From Candidatus Staskawiczbacteria bacterium (lineage in GTDB: Bacteria > Patescibacteriota > Minisyncoccia > Minisyncoccales > Staskawiczbacteraceae), in assembly GCA_903854535.1 (NCBI GenBank), contig CAINWR010000037.1, positions 1-44,707 on the forward strand: 44,707 nucleotides of DNA. Reading direction: 5' to 3'. This document shows positions 33,982 through 42,529 of the stretch, one piece after another (within the stretch, counting starts at the first letter, position 1; every line of letters starts with the position of its first letter). The notes under the pieces were generated by a model that was not told the DNA's origin, did no database searches, and saw nothing but the letters and a program-made list of their open reading frames with translations. Made by a program: the position numbers and the translations under genes.

Positions 33982-35973
33982 TTATTTAAAAACTCTTTTT
34001 GTTTTAATATACCAATTAGAAATATCCGCAAACCTTTTTGCAGGATCTATTATTTTATCAGCTTCTATTCCTTTAACATTGTCCATTGCCCAATAAATAT
34101 AATTTCTACTATATAGAAATAATGCCGGTAAATCAATAATTATTTTTTCTTGTAATTTTTCTAAAGTTTTTTGTTTTTTATCATTGTCTAGGCTTTCTCT
34201 AGAGTCTTTTATAAGCACATCTACGTCTTTATTTTGGTATTCAGACAAGTTTAATCCAGGATCATATATTTGAGATGAATGCCAGAAAGGATATAAGTCT
34301 ATTTGAGAGCTAAGTGCTTGGCCATATAAAAGGGCATCATAATTTCTCTCTTTTATAATCATTTTTATATCTGGAACTTCATATATATTTATATCTACGA
34401 TAAACCCAATTTTTTGCCATTGGTCTTTCAATAAATTAGCAGTTTGAATCAATTGTTGTTGGTTTACTGTAGCTAATATAATTTTTAATGGTAAAGATGT
34501 GTCGGGATTTGAAACGCAAAGTTCATTTAGCTTAGTTCTTGTAGCTTTGCCAACTTCTCCAGTTGATTTTTCAGAAGGCAAGTATTTAATTTGGAAATTT
34601 GTAACAGCATTTTCTGTTGGTACGCCATAAGCCCCATTAACTTCATCTTTTAAGTCTTCTGTAAAGCCAAGTTTTGCTAAGCATTTTTGCAGTTCTGTGA
34701 CTTCAGTGCCTTTTGATTTTGAAGATAAATAACTTTTAAATTGAAATGCAGGTGTTTTTTTGATTTGTTTTGCTCTTTGACCGGAATCTAATTTAGTGAA
34801 ACCAGATTTATCTAATAATTTCTCAGCTTCCTGTAGGTTTAGCGAATATTTTGTTTGTGGATTATTAAAATTAAAGAAACTAGATAAAATAGGGGAATCT
34901 ACTTCTGTTACTTTATTTTTTGTTGATTCTGTAATTGAATTAATAATTGATTGTTTGTCTGTAGATAAAGCTAAAGCTTTTCTTAAATTATCATCTGCAA
35001 GAATTTTTTGTTTCTGCATATTAAAGAATACTGCAAAATATCTTGGTAATTCAAATGAATAATAATTATATTTTTCTGATTTTAACCAATTTTGAGAAAT
35101 CTCTTTCTCAGCTTCAATTTGATTATTATCTAAAAAGGATAAAGAAAAACCAGTAGTTAATCTTTGGTTTGCTGATTTTATTAAATCTTCTTTACTTTCA
35201 AAAAATTGAAAAGCAAATTCAGATATGTAAGGCGCTTGATTGTGGTATTTATGATTCGATAAGAGATTAATTTTTTTTATTATACCATCATCAGATTGTT
35301 CTGTGTTCTTAAGCTTAAATGGTCCAGATCCAATAGGTTTTAAATTATATGCAGATAAAGTAAAATTTTCTGGTGCAATTTCTTGCCAGATATGTTGAGG
35401 GATTATTTTTACTGTGCAATTTTCTAAAAAGGAATTATATGGATTATTTAGTTTAAAGGTTATGGATCTTTCTGAGTTTTTCTGCACAATTACATCTATC
35501 CAGTTTGCTCTAAGTGGGCTTTTATAGTCTGAATTTTGGATTGTTTTGATTGTAAAAATAATGTCATCTGCAGTTAAATTTTGGCCATCATGCCAGAATA
35601 TATTATCTTTTAAGATAAAGTCATAAGTTTTACCATCTTCAGAAATTTGATAACTTTCAGCTAAATCATTTACAATTTGGCCATTTTTATTATAATTCAC
35701 AAGTCCAGAGAATATTAAGCTATTGATTGTGCGATCTATATCATTTACTTCGCCGTAAATCGGGTTTAAAAATCTTGGCTGGCCAATTACTCCTTCTACA
35801 AAACTTCCTCCATTAGCTGGAATTATTTTAGTGTTATTATAATAAAAATTAGTTATTAGGAATAATCCAGATATTAATGTTGTTAAAACAAAAATTAAAA
35901 GAGTTATTTTCTCCTTTTTTCTAAGAATTTTTCCTATTTGTTTCCACTGAGAAAATTTTGGAAATTTTATCAT
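33982..35973 (-). CDS. ABC transporter substrate-binding protein (family 5, OppA-like) with an inserted peptidoglycan-binding-like module
   Basis: N-terminal anchor and family-5 pattern (GGSFVEGVIGQPRFLNPIY...LAESYQISEDGKTYDFILKDNIFWHDG). The internal LQKCLAKLGFTEDLKDEVNGAYGVPTENAVTNFQIKY resembles PG_binding_1. Confidence 0.75.
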   Translation of the reverse strand: MIKFPKFSQWKQIGKILRKKEKITLLIFVLTTLISGLFLITNFYYNNTKIIPANGGSFVEGVIGQPRFLNPIYGEVNDIDRTINSLIFSGLVNYNKNGQIVNDLAESYQISEDGKTYDFILKDNIFWHDGQNLTADDIIFTIKTIQNSDYKSPLRANWIDVIVQKNSERSITFKLNNPYNSFLENCTVKIIPQHIWQEIAPENFTLSAYNLKPIGSGPFKLKNTEQSDDGIIKKINLLSNHKYHNQAPYISEFAFQFFESKEDLIKSANQRLTTGFSLSFLDNNQIEAEKEISQNWLKSEKYNYYSFELPRYFAVFFNMQKQKILADDNLRKALALSTDKQSIINSITESTKNKVTEVDSPILSSFFNFNNPQTKYSLNLQEAEKLLDKSGFTKLDSGQRAKQIKKTPAFQFKSYLSSKSKGTEVTELQKCLAKLGFTEDLKDEVNGAYGVPTENAVTNFQIKYLPSEKSTGEVGKATRTKLNELCVSNPDTSLPLKIILATVNQQQLIQTANLLKDQWQKIGFIVDINIYEVPDIKMIIKERNYDALLYGQALSSQIDLYPFWHSSQIYDPGLNLSEYQNKDVDVLIKDSRESLDNDKKQKTLEKLQEKIIIDLPALFLYSRNYIYWAMDNVKGIEADKIIDPAKRFADISNWYIKTKRVFK

Positions 35974-36188
35974 TATAGGGCAATATTGACAGCTCCCAAT
36001 AATAAAAAGATAGTAGCTGTAATAATTGTTGCGTAATAGAGCTTTTTCTCAATGCCTCTTTTTGAGGAATAAAATTCTCCACCTCCACCAAAGGCAGATC
36101 CTAAAGCTGCGCCCCTTTGCTGAATTGCTATTAATATTATTAATATTATAGACACTATTATTTGCGCATAGAAAAGTATTTGATTCAT
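35973..36188 (-). CDS. secG: preprotein translocase subunit SecG
   Basis: 71 aa with two TM helices and a Gly-rich loop (QQRGAALGSAFGGGGEFYSSKRG). Confidence 0.7.
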   Translation of the reverse strand: MNQILFYAQIIVSIILIILIAIQQRGAALGSAFGGGGEFYSSKRGIEKKLYYATIITATIFLLLGAVNIAL

Positions 36189-36192
36189 ATTT

Positions 36193-36582
36193 TTATTCTT
36201 CGCTTTTAATTATTTTATATATTAAAAAATTTATTCCCCACACAATTAAACTTGTTTCTAATAATGGCAACCATAAAGGAATTGTAATTTCTTTGAACAT
36301 AATATCTAAAAACCAAACAATTACCATATTAATTACTACGCCAAATACTCCTAATGTTATTATTCGCAGTGGCAGAGCCAAACCATTTAAAATTGGTTTT
36401 ACAAAATAGTTAAGCAATCCTAATATAATTCCCAAAATTAAATATAATTGCAAATAAGTTGTTATTTGAAAACCGAAAAAAACAGAATCTGCAAATAATT
36501 TTGCTTGAACTCCTGGAATAAATAAAACAGATAGCCATAAGCCCCCAAAACCAGCTATTATGTTTGATAAGAGTTTCTTCAT
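36193..36582 (-). CDS. DUF360 / phage-holin-IV-like 4-TM membrane protein
   Basis: 129 aa. The motif PLRIITLGVFGVVINMVIVWFLD is recalled from the DUF360 family. Confidence 0.55.
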   Translation of the reverse strand: MKKLLSNIIAGFGGLWLSVLFIPGVQAKLFADSVFFGFQITTYLQLYLILGIILGLLNYFVKPILNGLALPLRIITLGVFGVVINMVIVWFLDIMFKEITIPLWLPLLETSLIVWGINFLIYKIIKSEE

Positions 36583-36627
36583 TAGATTTAATTATATTAG
36601 CAGATTTTTATAAAAATTACCAGCTTT

Positions 36628-37980
36628 TTATTGATTAACTCTATTTTCTAGATTTTTCAAAAGATTTTGCTTTCTTAATTTTTTGTGATAAGTAATTGCA
36701 AATCTGTGGGCTTCATTATCAAGATTTTTAATTAAATTATAAATTTCTTGAGGCAGATTCTTCAAAGGAATAGGATTTTTTTGTCCCTCTATAAATAATT
36801 GTTGTTTGCCTTTGGCAATAGAAATAATCTTAATAGTTTGTAGTTTGTAGTTGGTAGTGAGTAGTTTATTTTTTATGTTGATTGCGACATTGATTTGACC
36901 TTTCCCCCCATCAACTAAAATTATTTCTGGATATGGCCAATCTTTGTGACTAAATCTTCTTTGCAGAACTTCAGAAAGCATTGCAATATCATTGGGCTCG
37001 TTTTTCATTTTTATGCGGAATTTTTTGTATTCAGCTTTGTTAGGTTTTCCATTTGTAAAAACAACCATAGAACCCACGGCAAATTTACCTTGAATATTTG
37101 AAATATCATAACACTCTATTCGGCCTGTAAATTGTAAAATTGGTGAGCTGTCCGACCGCTCGCCGACTTTGCTGTGGTTTATTACTCTTTCTAAAGCAAA
37201 AATTTGGTCGCGAATTTTACTCGCTCTTTCGAAATCTTGGTTTTTTGAGGCTAATTGCATTTCTTTTTTGAGCGATCTTAAAACTATAGAAGATTTTCCT
37301 TCTAAAACTAAAATAAGTTTCTTGATATTTGTTTTATATTCCCGAAGGTCCTCCGAAGCTTTAGGCGAAGGCGGATTTTCAAATAATTTAGGTCCAGGAC
37401 ATAGATCTAAATGGCACCACTGGCATTTTAGTTTTGAGTGTTTATTTGTTGTATAGTAAGGAAATACTTTTCTTAAAAATCTTATAGTTTTTTTTAGAGC
37501 GTTACCATCTACAAAAGGACCGATGTGTTTAGGTTGTAGTTTGTAGGAAGTAGCTTGTAGATTTTGATTTGGTTGATGGGTGATAAAAACATAAGGAATT
37601 TTAAGTTTACCCTGAGCGTAGCGAAGGGCGACATAAAAATAGTTTTTATCATCACGCCAAACTTGATTAAATTTGGGTTGATATTTCTTAATTAAATTAG
37701 CTTCTAAAATTAAAGCTTGTATTTCACTACCAGTTTCAATAAATCCAATTTTTTCAATTTGCTTTATATAAACATTATCTTTGTAGGTGGGGGATGAGAA
37801 ATGATTTTTAACTCTACTATTGATATTTATAGCTTTGCCAATATAGATAGGTTGTAGGTTGTAGCTAGTGGGTTGTAGGTTTTTGATGACTTGCGATTTT
37901 TTAGCATAAAACGCATAAACACCTGCTGTTGTTGGCAGGTTGTTTATATTTTTTACGCTTATAATCTTAAATTTATCCAT
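36628..37980 (-). CDS. uvrC: excinuclease ABC subunit C, short form without an obvious C-terminal (HhH)2
   Basis: GIY-YIG (GVYAFY...IYIGKAININSRVKNHF), UVR motif (FERASKIRDQIFALERV) and endonuclease domain (IECYDISNIQGKFAVGSMVVF...VDGGKGQINVA). Only 450 aa. Confidence 0.8.
   Translation of the reverse strand: MDKFKIISVKNINNLPTTAGVYAFYAKKSQVIKNLQPTSYNLQPIYIGKAININSRVKNHFSSPTYKDNVYIKQIEKIGFIETGSEIQALILEANLIKKYQPKFNQVWRDDKNYFYVALRYAQGKLKIPYVFITHQPNQNLQATSYKLQPKHIGPFVDGNALKKTIRFLRKVFPYYTTNKHSKLKCQWCHLDLCPGPKLFENPPSPKASEDLREYKTNIKKLILVLEGKSSIVLRSLKKEMQLASKNQDFERASKIRDQIFALERVINHSKVGERSDSSPILQFTGRIECYDISNIQGKFAVGSMVVFTNGKPNKAEYKKFRIKMKNEPNDIAMLSEVLQRRFSHKDWPYPEIILVDGGKGQINVAINIKNKLLTTNYKLQTIKIISIAKGKQQLFIEGQKNPIPLKNLPQEIYNLIKNLDNEAHRFAITYHKKLRKQNLLKNLENRVNQ
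36833..36870. repeat. in-frame CTACAAA-type heptamer repeat inside uvrC (encodes NKLLTTNYKLQTI)
   Basis: The + strand reads atagtttgtagtttgtagttggtagtgagtagtttatt. Its reverse complement shares aaactactcacta with the 23951-23975 hairpin arm. Confidence 0.6.
37532..37566. repeat. in-frame heptamer repeat inside uvrC (encodes QNLQATSYKLQP)
   Basis: The + strand reads ggttgtagtttgtaggaagtagcttgtagattttg. Confidence 0.6.
37850..37885. repeat. in-frame heptamer repeat inside uvrC GIY-YIG domain (encodes KNLQPTSYNLQP)
   Basis: The + strand reads ggttgtaggttgtagctagtgggttgtaggttttt. Confidence 0.6.
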
Positions 37981-38022
37981 AACTTAATTTAACACAAAAT
38001 TTTTATATTTTCAAGCTTTAAG

Positions 38023-38052
38023 CTTGACAATATATAATAAAATATGCTAAGA
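38023..38052 (+). promoter_or_regulatory. sigma70-like promoter of DGR-2 target gene
   Basis: TTGACA at 38023-38028, an 18-nt spacer, then TGcTAAGAT with the -10 at 38047-38052. The inverted repeat caagct tta agcttg (38011-38025) overlaps the -35. Confidence 0.45.
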
Positions 38053-38113
38053 TATGTTTATAAATTTTATTGTTCTTTTAATTCGGCGGTCGTAGCCAAA
38101 AGTTTTGAAAATC

Positions 38114-38139
38114 AGATAGACATCGGGTGTCTATCTTTT
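38114..38139 (+). promoter_or_regulatory. leader hairpin plus short T-run in the 5' UTR of DGR-2 target
   Basis: agatagaca tcggg tgtctatct forms a 9-bp stem followed by ttt, directly before the SD GAGGA. Confidence 0.45.
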
Positions 38140-38153
38140 GAGGATTTTTGGCT

Positions 38154-38882
38154 ATGACTGCTATTGGGGTGGTCAAGTTCCTGCTTCGGAATAGAGGTTA
38201 CTTCAAAGCGGGCAAATTAGCCCAAGGAGTGTGTGGGATGAGGAATGATTTTGCAATCGCCGGGATTGAGGTTGGTCAGTTGAATGCTCTTGTCAAGAAC
38301 CTCAAAGCTCAAATGAGTATTGAGGATTCAGTGGAAGCGGTTCGGCGCGTCAACTCGGGCGAGTGGATTGTTTCCGAACGAGTTCGTCGATGGTACGAGA
38401 AAGATGGCGTGATTCGGTTCGAAGTCACTGCCAATGGTTGGAGTGGTCAGCATTGGGTTGACTACTTCAAGGCCAATGGAGTGGATGTAGGGCAATACGC
38501 CAATTCGATTTTGTTGTCACCTGACTTCAAAATCACTCCGGGCGGAACCGTGGTCAAGGCCACTGTCTTTAAAGGAGAGATATTTTCGGACAGCGATCGA
38601 ATCACGGGAAAGATTCGTGCTTTCGTAGCCCGGTGCCAGCTGAAGCTATTAACGCCCAATACGGATTTGGCGTGTTTGATTCGAAAAGATCTCACGAACA
38701 AGGAAGTCCGCGATATGGGTTTGCGATGGATCATCGGGATGTCGGAGACTGTGAAGGATTCCGATGGCGGTCCGAGCTTGCTTTGCTCGCGCTGTGATGG
38801 TTCGGGTCCGTGGCTCACTGCGCGCTATGGCTTTCCCGAGTGCAGGTGGCTTCGCGGCATTGGGTTTGCCTTCGTCGAGTAA
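38154..38882 (+). CDS. DGR-2 variable (target) protein, G+C-rich, no signal peptide
   Basis: ATG at 38154, 9 nt after GAGGA (the track's 38148 start is TTG). The last 40 codons are the VR. The C-terminal scaffold ...SPWLxAxYxxPExRWxRxxGFAFVE fits a C-type-lectin-fold style ending. Confidence 0.85.
   Translation: MTAIGVVKFLLRNRGYFKAGKLAQGVCGMRNDFAIAGIEVGQLNALVKNLKAQMSIEDSVEAVRRVNSGEWIVSERVRRWYEKDGVIRFEVTANGWSGQHWVDYFKANGVDVGQYANSILLSPDFKITPGGTVVKATVFKGEIFSDSDRITGKIRAFVARCQLKLLTPNTDLACLIRKDLTNKEVRDMGLRWIIGMSETVKDSDGGPSLLCSRCDGSGPWLTARYGFPECRWLRGIGFAFVE
38759..38879 (+). repeat. DGR-2 variable region (VR)
   Basis: 121 nt, 100/121 identical to TR-2. All 21 differences are at TR adenines. Confidence 0.9.
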
Positions 38883-38944
38883 GTATCTTCGGGAAATTAG
38901 TTCTCGGCGCTTTGAATTTTTGTCCTTGTGCTTGGAACCTTTTA

Positions 38945-38984
38945 CCCTTTGCGTTTCTTCGGAATCGCAAAGGGCTTTTATTTT
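38945..38984 (+). terminator. intrinsic terminator after DGR-2 target
   Basis: ccctttgcg tttcttcggaat cgcaaaggg forms a 9-bp stem followed by cttttatttt. Confidence 0.75.
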
Positions 38985-39039
38985 CCATAAAACTTTGATA
39001 AACTAAAAATGGTAATAGGCGAATCTTGCTTGAGTTTAC

Positions 39040-39066
39040 GGATTCAGGCGGCCGAATCCAGTTTTT
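39040..39066 (+). terminator. second terminator-like hairpin in the VR-TR spacer
   Basis: ggattc aggcggcc gaatcc followed by agttttt. Confidence 0.45.
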
Positions 39067-39240
39067 GTGTGTTGAGAGCGTTTGCGATTATGGTTTCAAA
39101 CGGAGGATGCACAAAATACTAAAAAACCGAAGATACTTGGTGCGAAGAATTAAGGTATTTTAGATACCGAATAAGATTCAACTCTAAGATCGTTTCATAT
39201 AAAATTCAAAGGGTGGTGGTATAGATGATTTTTCGCAATT

Positions 39241-39361
39241 TTCCGATGGCAATCCGAACTTGCTTTACTCGAACTGTGATGATTCGAGTCCGTGGCTCAA
39301 TGCGAACTATGACAATCCCGAGAACAGGTGGAATCGCGACAATGGATTTGCCTTCGTCGAG
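39241..39361 (+). repeat. DGR-2 template repeat (TR)
   Basis: Non-coding copy of VR-2. In the VR frame it would encode SDGNPNLLYSNCDDSSPWLNANYDNPENRWNRDNGFAFVE, which has 9 Asn AAY codons. Confidence 0.9.
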
Positions 39362-39378
39362 CTACTCTCTTCATTTTT

Positions 39379-39400
39379 CTCTCCTTATTTTCTAGGAGAG
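39379..39400. terminator. 7-bp hairpin 17 nt after TR-2, straddling the avd-2 stop codon
   Basis: ctctcct tattttct aggagag. The avd-2 stop complement lies at 39385-39387. Confidence 0.5.
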
Positions 39401-39777
39401 TTTTGTTTTAAATTTTGTATTTGATTGTGCCAACCACCCAACATTTTACCAATTTCATTTAACTTTTCAGAAAGCAAAATATATTTTTTATCATCAATTG
39501 ATTTTGTTTCCCAAAGAATCATTAGAAATATTTTAAGTGTGTCAGTTTTTCTAATTGCTAATCTTATCCAAGGCAATTTCTCTTGTGGTTGCAAAAATCC
39601 AGCTGTAGTTGTAGTTTCTATTGCTTTAACAAAAAGATTATCTATTTTTTGTCCAAGCGAATATTTGTGTGTTTTTGGAATTTTATTTGAAAATTCATAC
39701 CAAACAAGATAGGTTTCTTTTAGTTTTTGCGAAATAGGTAATAATGAAACATTGTTATGAAAACTATTTTGCATCAT
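39385..39777 (-). CDS. avd: Avd-like four-helix-bundle protein
   Basis: 130 aa. KIPKTHKYSLGQKIDNLFVKAIE...LAIRKTDTLKIFLMILWETKSIDDKKYILLSEKLNEIGKMLGGW matches the remembered four-helix-bundle (TIGR02436-like) pattern. It is antisense to TR and RT. Confidence 0.75.
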   Translation of the reverse strand: MMQNSFHNNVSLLPISQKLKETYLVWYEFSNKIPKTHKYSLGQKIDNLFVKAIETTTTAGFLQPQEKLPWIRLAIRKTDTLKIFLMILWETKSIDDKKYILLSEKLNEIGKMLGGWHNQIQNLKQNSPRK

Positions 39778-40728
39778 AAATTTGAAGAAATAATTAATAT
39801 TGAAAATTTACTTTTAGCCTACAAGGAATTTGCTAAGGGAAAGAAAAACAGAATGGATGTTTTGGAATTTTCATTTATGCTAATGGATAATTTAATAGAG
39901 CTTCGAGACGACCTTGCCAATCATACTTACAAGCATCAAGATTATCAAGAATTTAAAATAAATGATCCAAAACCAAGAACAATCCACAAAGCAACAGTTA
40001 GAGACAGAATTTTGCACAGAGCAGTCTATAGGATTTTATATCCATTTTTTGATAAAAAGTTTATTGTAGATTCATATTCTTGTAGAAATAAAAAAGGAAC
40101 TCACAAAGCCATAAACAAATTTTCAGAATTTACCAACAAAGTTTCAAAGAACAACACTAAACAATGCTGGATTTTGAAATGTGATATTAAAAAGTTTTTT
40201 GCTAGTATAGACCAAAATATATTGCTGGAAATTTTAGAAAAATATATTGACGATAAAGATACAATAAACCTGCTCAAAGAAACAGTTTATAGTTTTAAAC
40301 TAGGCGGTTTGCCACTTGGAAATTTAACTTCACAACTTTTTAGTAATATTTATTTAAACGAATTTGATCAATTTATAAAGCATAAATTAAAAGCTAAATA
40401 TTATGTTCGCTATTGTGATGATTTTGTAATATTTTCACAAGATAAAAATTATTTAAAAAGTTTAATTCCAATAATTATTAATTATTTGCAAAATGTGTTA
40501 GGTCTCACCTTACACAAAGATAAAGTTTTTATCAAAACAATTTATTCTGGCGTAGACTATTTGGGCTGGGTAAATTTTAAAGATCATAGAATTTTACGAA
40601 GCAAAACAAAAACTAGAATGTTAAAACGAATAAAAGAAAACCCAAAATTAGAAACAATAAATTCTTATTTGGGATTATTAAATCATGGAAATGCATACAA
40701 AATTAGTTTATTATTAAACTATGATTAG
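39757..40728 (+). CDS. DGR reverse transcriptase 2
   Basis: LPLGNLTSQLFSNIYL and RYCDDFVIF. The first 21 nt overlap the avd-2 start on the opposite strand. Confidence 0.9.
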   Translation: MKTILHHKFEEIINIENLLLAYKEFAKGKKNRMDVLEFSFMLMDNLIELRDDLANHTYKHQDYQEFKINDPKPRTIHKATVRDRILHRAVYRILYPFFDKKFIVDSYSCRNKKGTHKAINKFSEFTNKVSKNNTKQCWILKCDIKKFFASIDQNILLEILEKYIDDKDTINLLKETVYSFKLGGLPLGNLTSQLFSNIYLNEFDQFIKHKLKAKYYVRYCDDFVIFSQDKNYLKSLIPIIINYLQNVLGLTLHKDKVFIKTIYSGVDYLGWVNFKDHRILRSKTKTRMLKRIKENPKLETINSYLGLLNHGNAYKISLLLNYD

Positions 40729-42529
40729 TTTATTTTTTGGGATAATTTTGTTGGCTTTGCCGTTTTTGGCTGTAATCTTATTTAAAGACAAGAATCTGCC
40801 TGCCGGTAGGCACGGAATTGGATTTGTTTTTGTTTTATTTTTTAGTATTTTGTTTCATGTAGTCTTGGCCTTGGTAACCCAAATGTTGGGTATTTTTTAT
40901 TATGGCGTAGTTTTGGGTGCTGTAATATTAGCAGATTTAATTTTATTATTTTTTATTTTTAAAAAAATAAAAGCTTCAGGTTTCATGTTTTATGTTTCAT
41001 GCTTCAAGAAGCTTGATTGGGCATTAGTATTTGTGATTATAGTTGGGTTTTTAACTTTATATCAAGTTCATTATAATTACACAGGCAAAATAAATATTGC
41101 TACAGATAGACAAGTTACTTACCATGAAGTCGAAAATATGCAATATGTTTATCCATATTTTTCAGATGAATGGTACTCTGTTGCATTGATTGAAAACTCA
41201 ATTAATAATCATTCTCTGCTCATAACCAATCCATTTGATAATAGTTTTTTCTTAAATTTAGAATTATTTTTTCATTCATTTTTAGCAGAAATTATCTTAA
41301 TTTTAAATTTAAACCCATTAACGCAATATACACTTTTATCAATATTTTTTAATTTATTAATATTAGTTTTAGTTTATTTGTTATTAAGAATAAGTAATTT
41401 ATCTAAAAGTGTTTGTGCGATTTCTGCTTTGTCTTTGCTTTATATTACTTGTGGCGCCAATATGCCTGGAATGTGGAATCTTATTCCTTTTAATATGGGA
41501 ATAATAATGGTTTTGATAATGTTTATTTTTATATCTTTGGGTAATTTTAAAATGGTTTTTGCTTCTAGTATTTTGGGATCTTTGTTTTATCCGCCATTAT
41601 TTATTTTTTATTTATTAGGATTTACACATTCTTTTTTAAATATGTATAAATTGCCTATTCAAAAAATACTAAAATTTTCTGGGTACTTGATAATATCAAT
41701 AATTTTAAGTGTAATTATTTATTTACTGCTTTTAAATTATGCGCCCATTAAACTATTAGATTATATAATTTCAAGGATATTTTTTGTTTCATATTTTGCA
41801 CCATTTTCCCCAGGATTTGCAATTTACAATGTAATATTGTGGCCATTAATTCTATTTGCAATATTGGGAATTTATTTTGTTTTTAAAAATAAGAAATGGT
41901 TATTTTATCAAGCTGTGTTGGGAGTTGTATTTTGGATTATATATCTTTTTACAAATTATAGATTTATGATAGAATTTGAAAGGATAGTAGTGATTACATC
42001 AATAATTATTACTATTATTGCAGGATTTGGAATACAAAGCTTTAAGAGATATATTGTAAATATAAAATATTTTTACTTATTTGAAATTATTATTTTGTTT
42101 TTATTTGCTTTTTATATTCCATCTTATACTGCAAGAGATGCTTGGACTAGTCTTAGCTTAGTGGAACCAAAAAGTAAATTAAAAATATTTCCTAAAGCTC
42201 CAGCAAATAATTATTTAACAAATGAAGATTTAAGGATATTTAAAAATATAAAAAATGCAAAATTCTTAAGCACTCCTTGGAAGGGCACTGTAATCGGCAC
42301 TGCTACTAATAATTATCCAGTTGTTATAAAAGAGGGAACAATCTCTATGGGCAAAGAAAATATAATTAATGATTTTGTAAATGCTGACTGTATTGGTAAA
42401 ATAAATATTGCTGAAAATTTAAAAATAGATTATGTTTATTTATATGATTTTAATTGTCCTGAATTTAAGGAAGTTGATAAAAGCAAAGAAGGGTTTTATT
42501 TATATAAGTTTAATTTAGATGAGAAATAA
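40721..42529 (+). CDS. large polytopic membrane protein (possibly an envelope glycan-related transferase/polymerase; family not recognised)
   Basis: 602 aa with more than 10 hydrophobic helices and a soluble C-terminal domain. The ATG overlaps the RT-2 stop (ATGATTAG). Confidence 0.7.
   Translation: MISLFFGIILLALPFLAVILFKDKNLPAGRHGIGFVFVLFFSILFHVVLALVTQMLGIFYYGVVLGAVILADLILLFFIFKKIKASGFMFYVSCFKKLDWALVFVIIVGFLTLYQVHYNYTGKINIATDRQVTYHEVENMQYVYPYFSDEWYSVALIENSINNHSLLITNPFDNSFFLNLELFFHSFLAEIILILNLNPLTQYTLLSIFFNLLILVLVYLLLRISNLSKSVCAISALSLLYITCGANMPGMWNLIPFNMGIIMVLIMFIFISLGNFKMVFASSILGSLFYPPLFIFYLLGFTHSFLNMYKLPIQKILKFSGYLIISIILSVIIYLLLLNYAPIKLLDYIISRIFFVSYFAPFSPGFAIYNVILWPLILFAILGIYFVFKNKKWLFYQAVLGVVFWIIYLFTNYRFMIEFERIVVITSIIITIIAGFGIQSFKRYIVNIKYFYLFEIIILFLFAFYIPSYTARDAWTSLSLVEPKSKLKIFPKAPANNYLTNEDLRIFKNIKNAKFLSTPWKGTVIGTATNNYPVVIKEGTISMGKENIINDFVNADCIGKINIAENLKIDYVYLYDFNCPEFKEVDKSKEGFYLYKFNLDEK

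Larger units (their letters stand above)
38023..40728 (+). mobile_element. diversity-generating retroelement cassette 2 (promoter, target/VR, TR, avd, RT)
   Basis: See the component features. Confidence 0.9.

Noticed and set aside
38462-39006. ORFs 38462..38818 (-), 38764..39006 (+) and 38810..38998 (+)
   Set aside because: They are antisense to or out of frame with the DGR-2 target, and the plus-strand ones run through the terminator hairpin.
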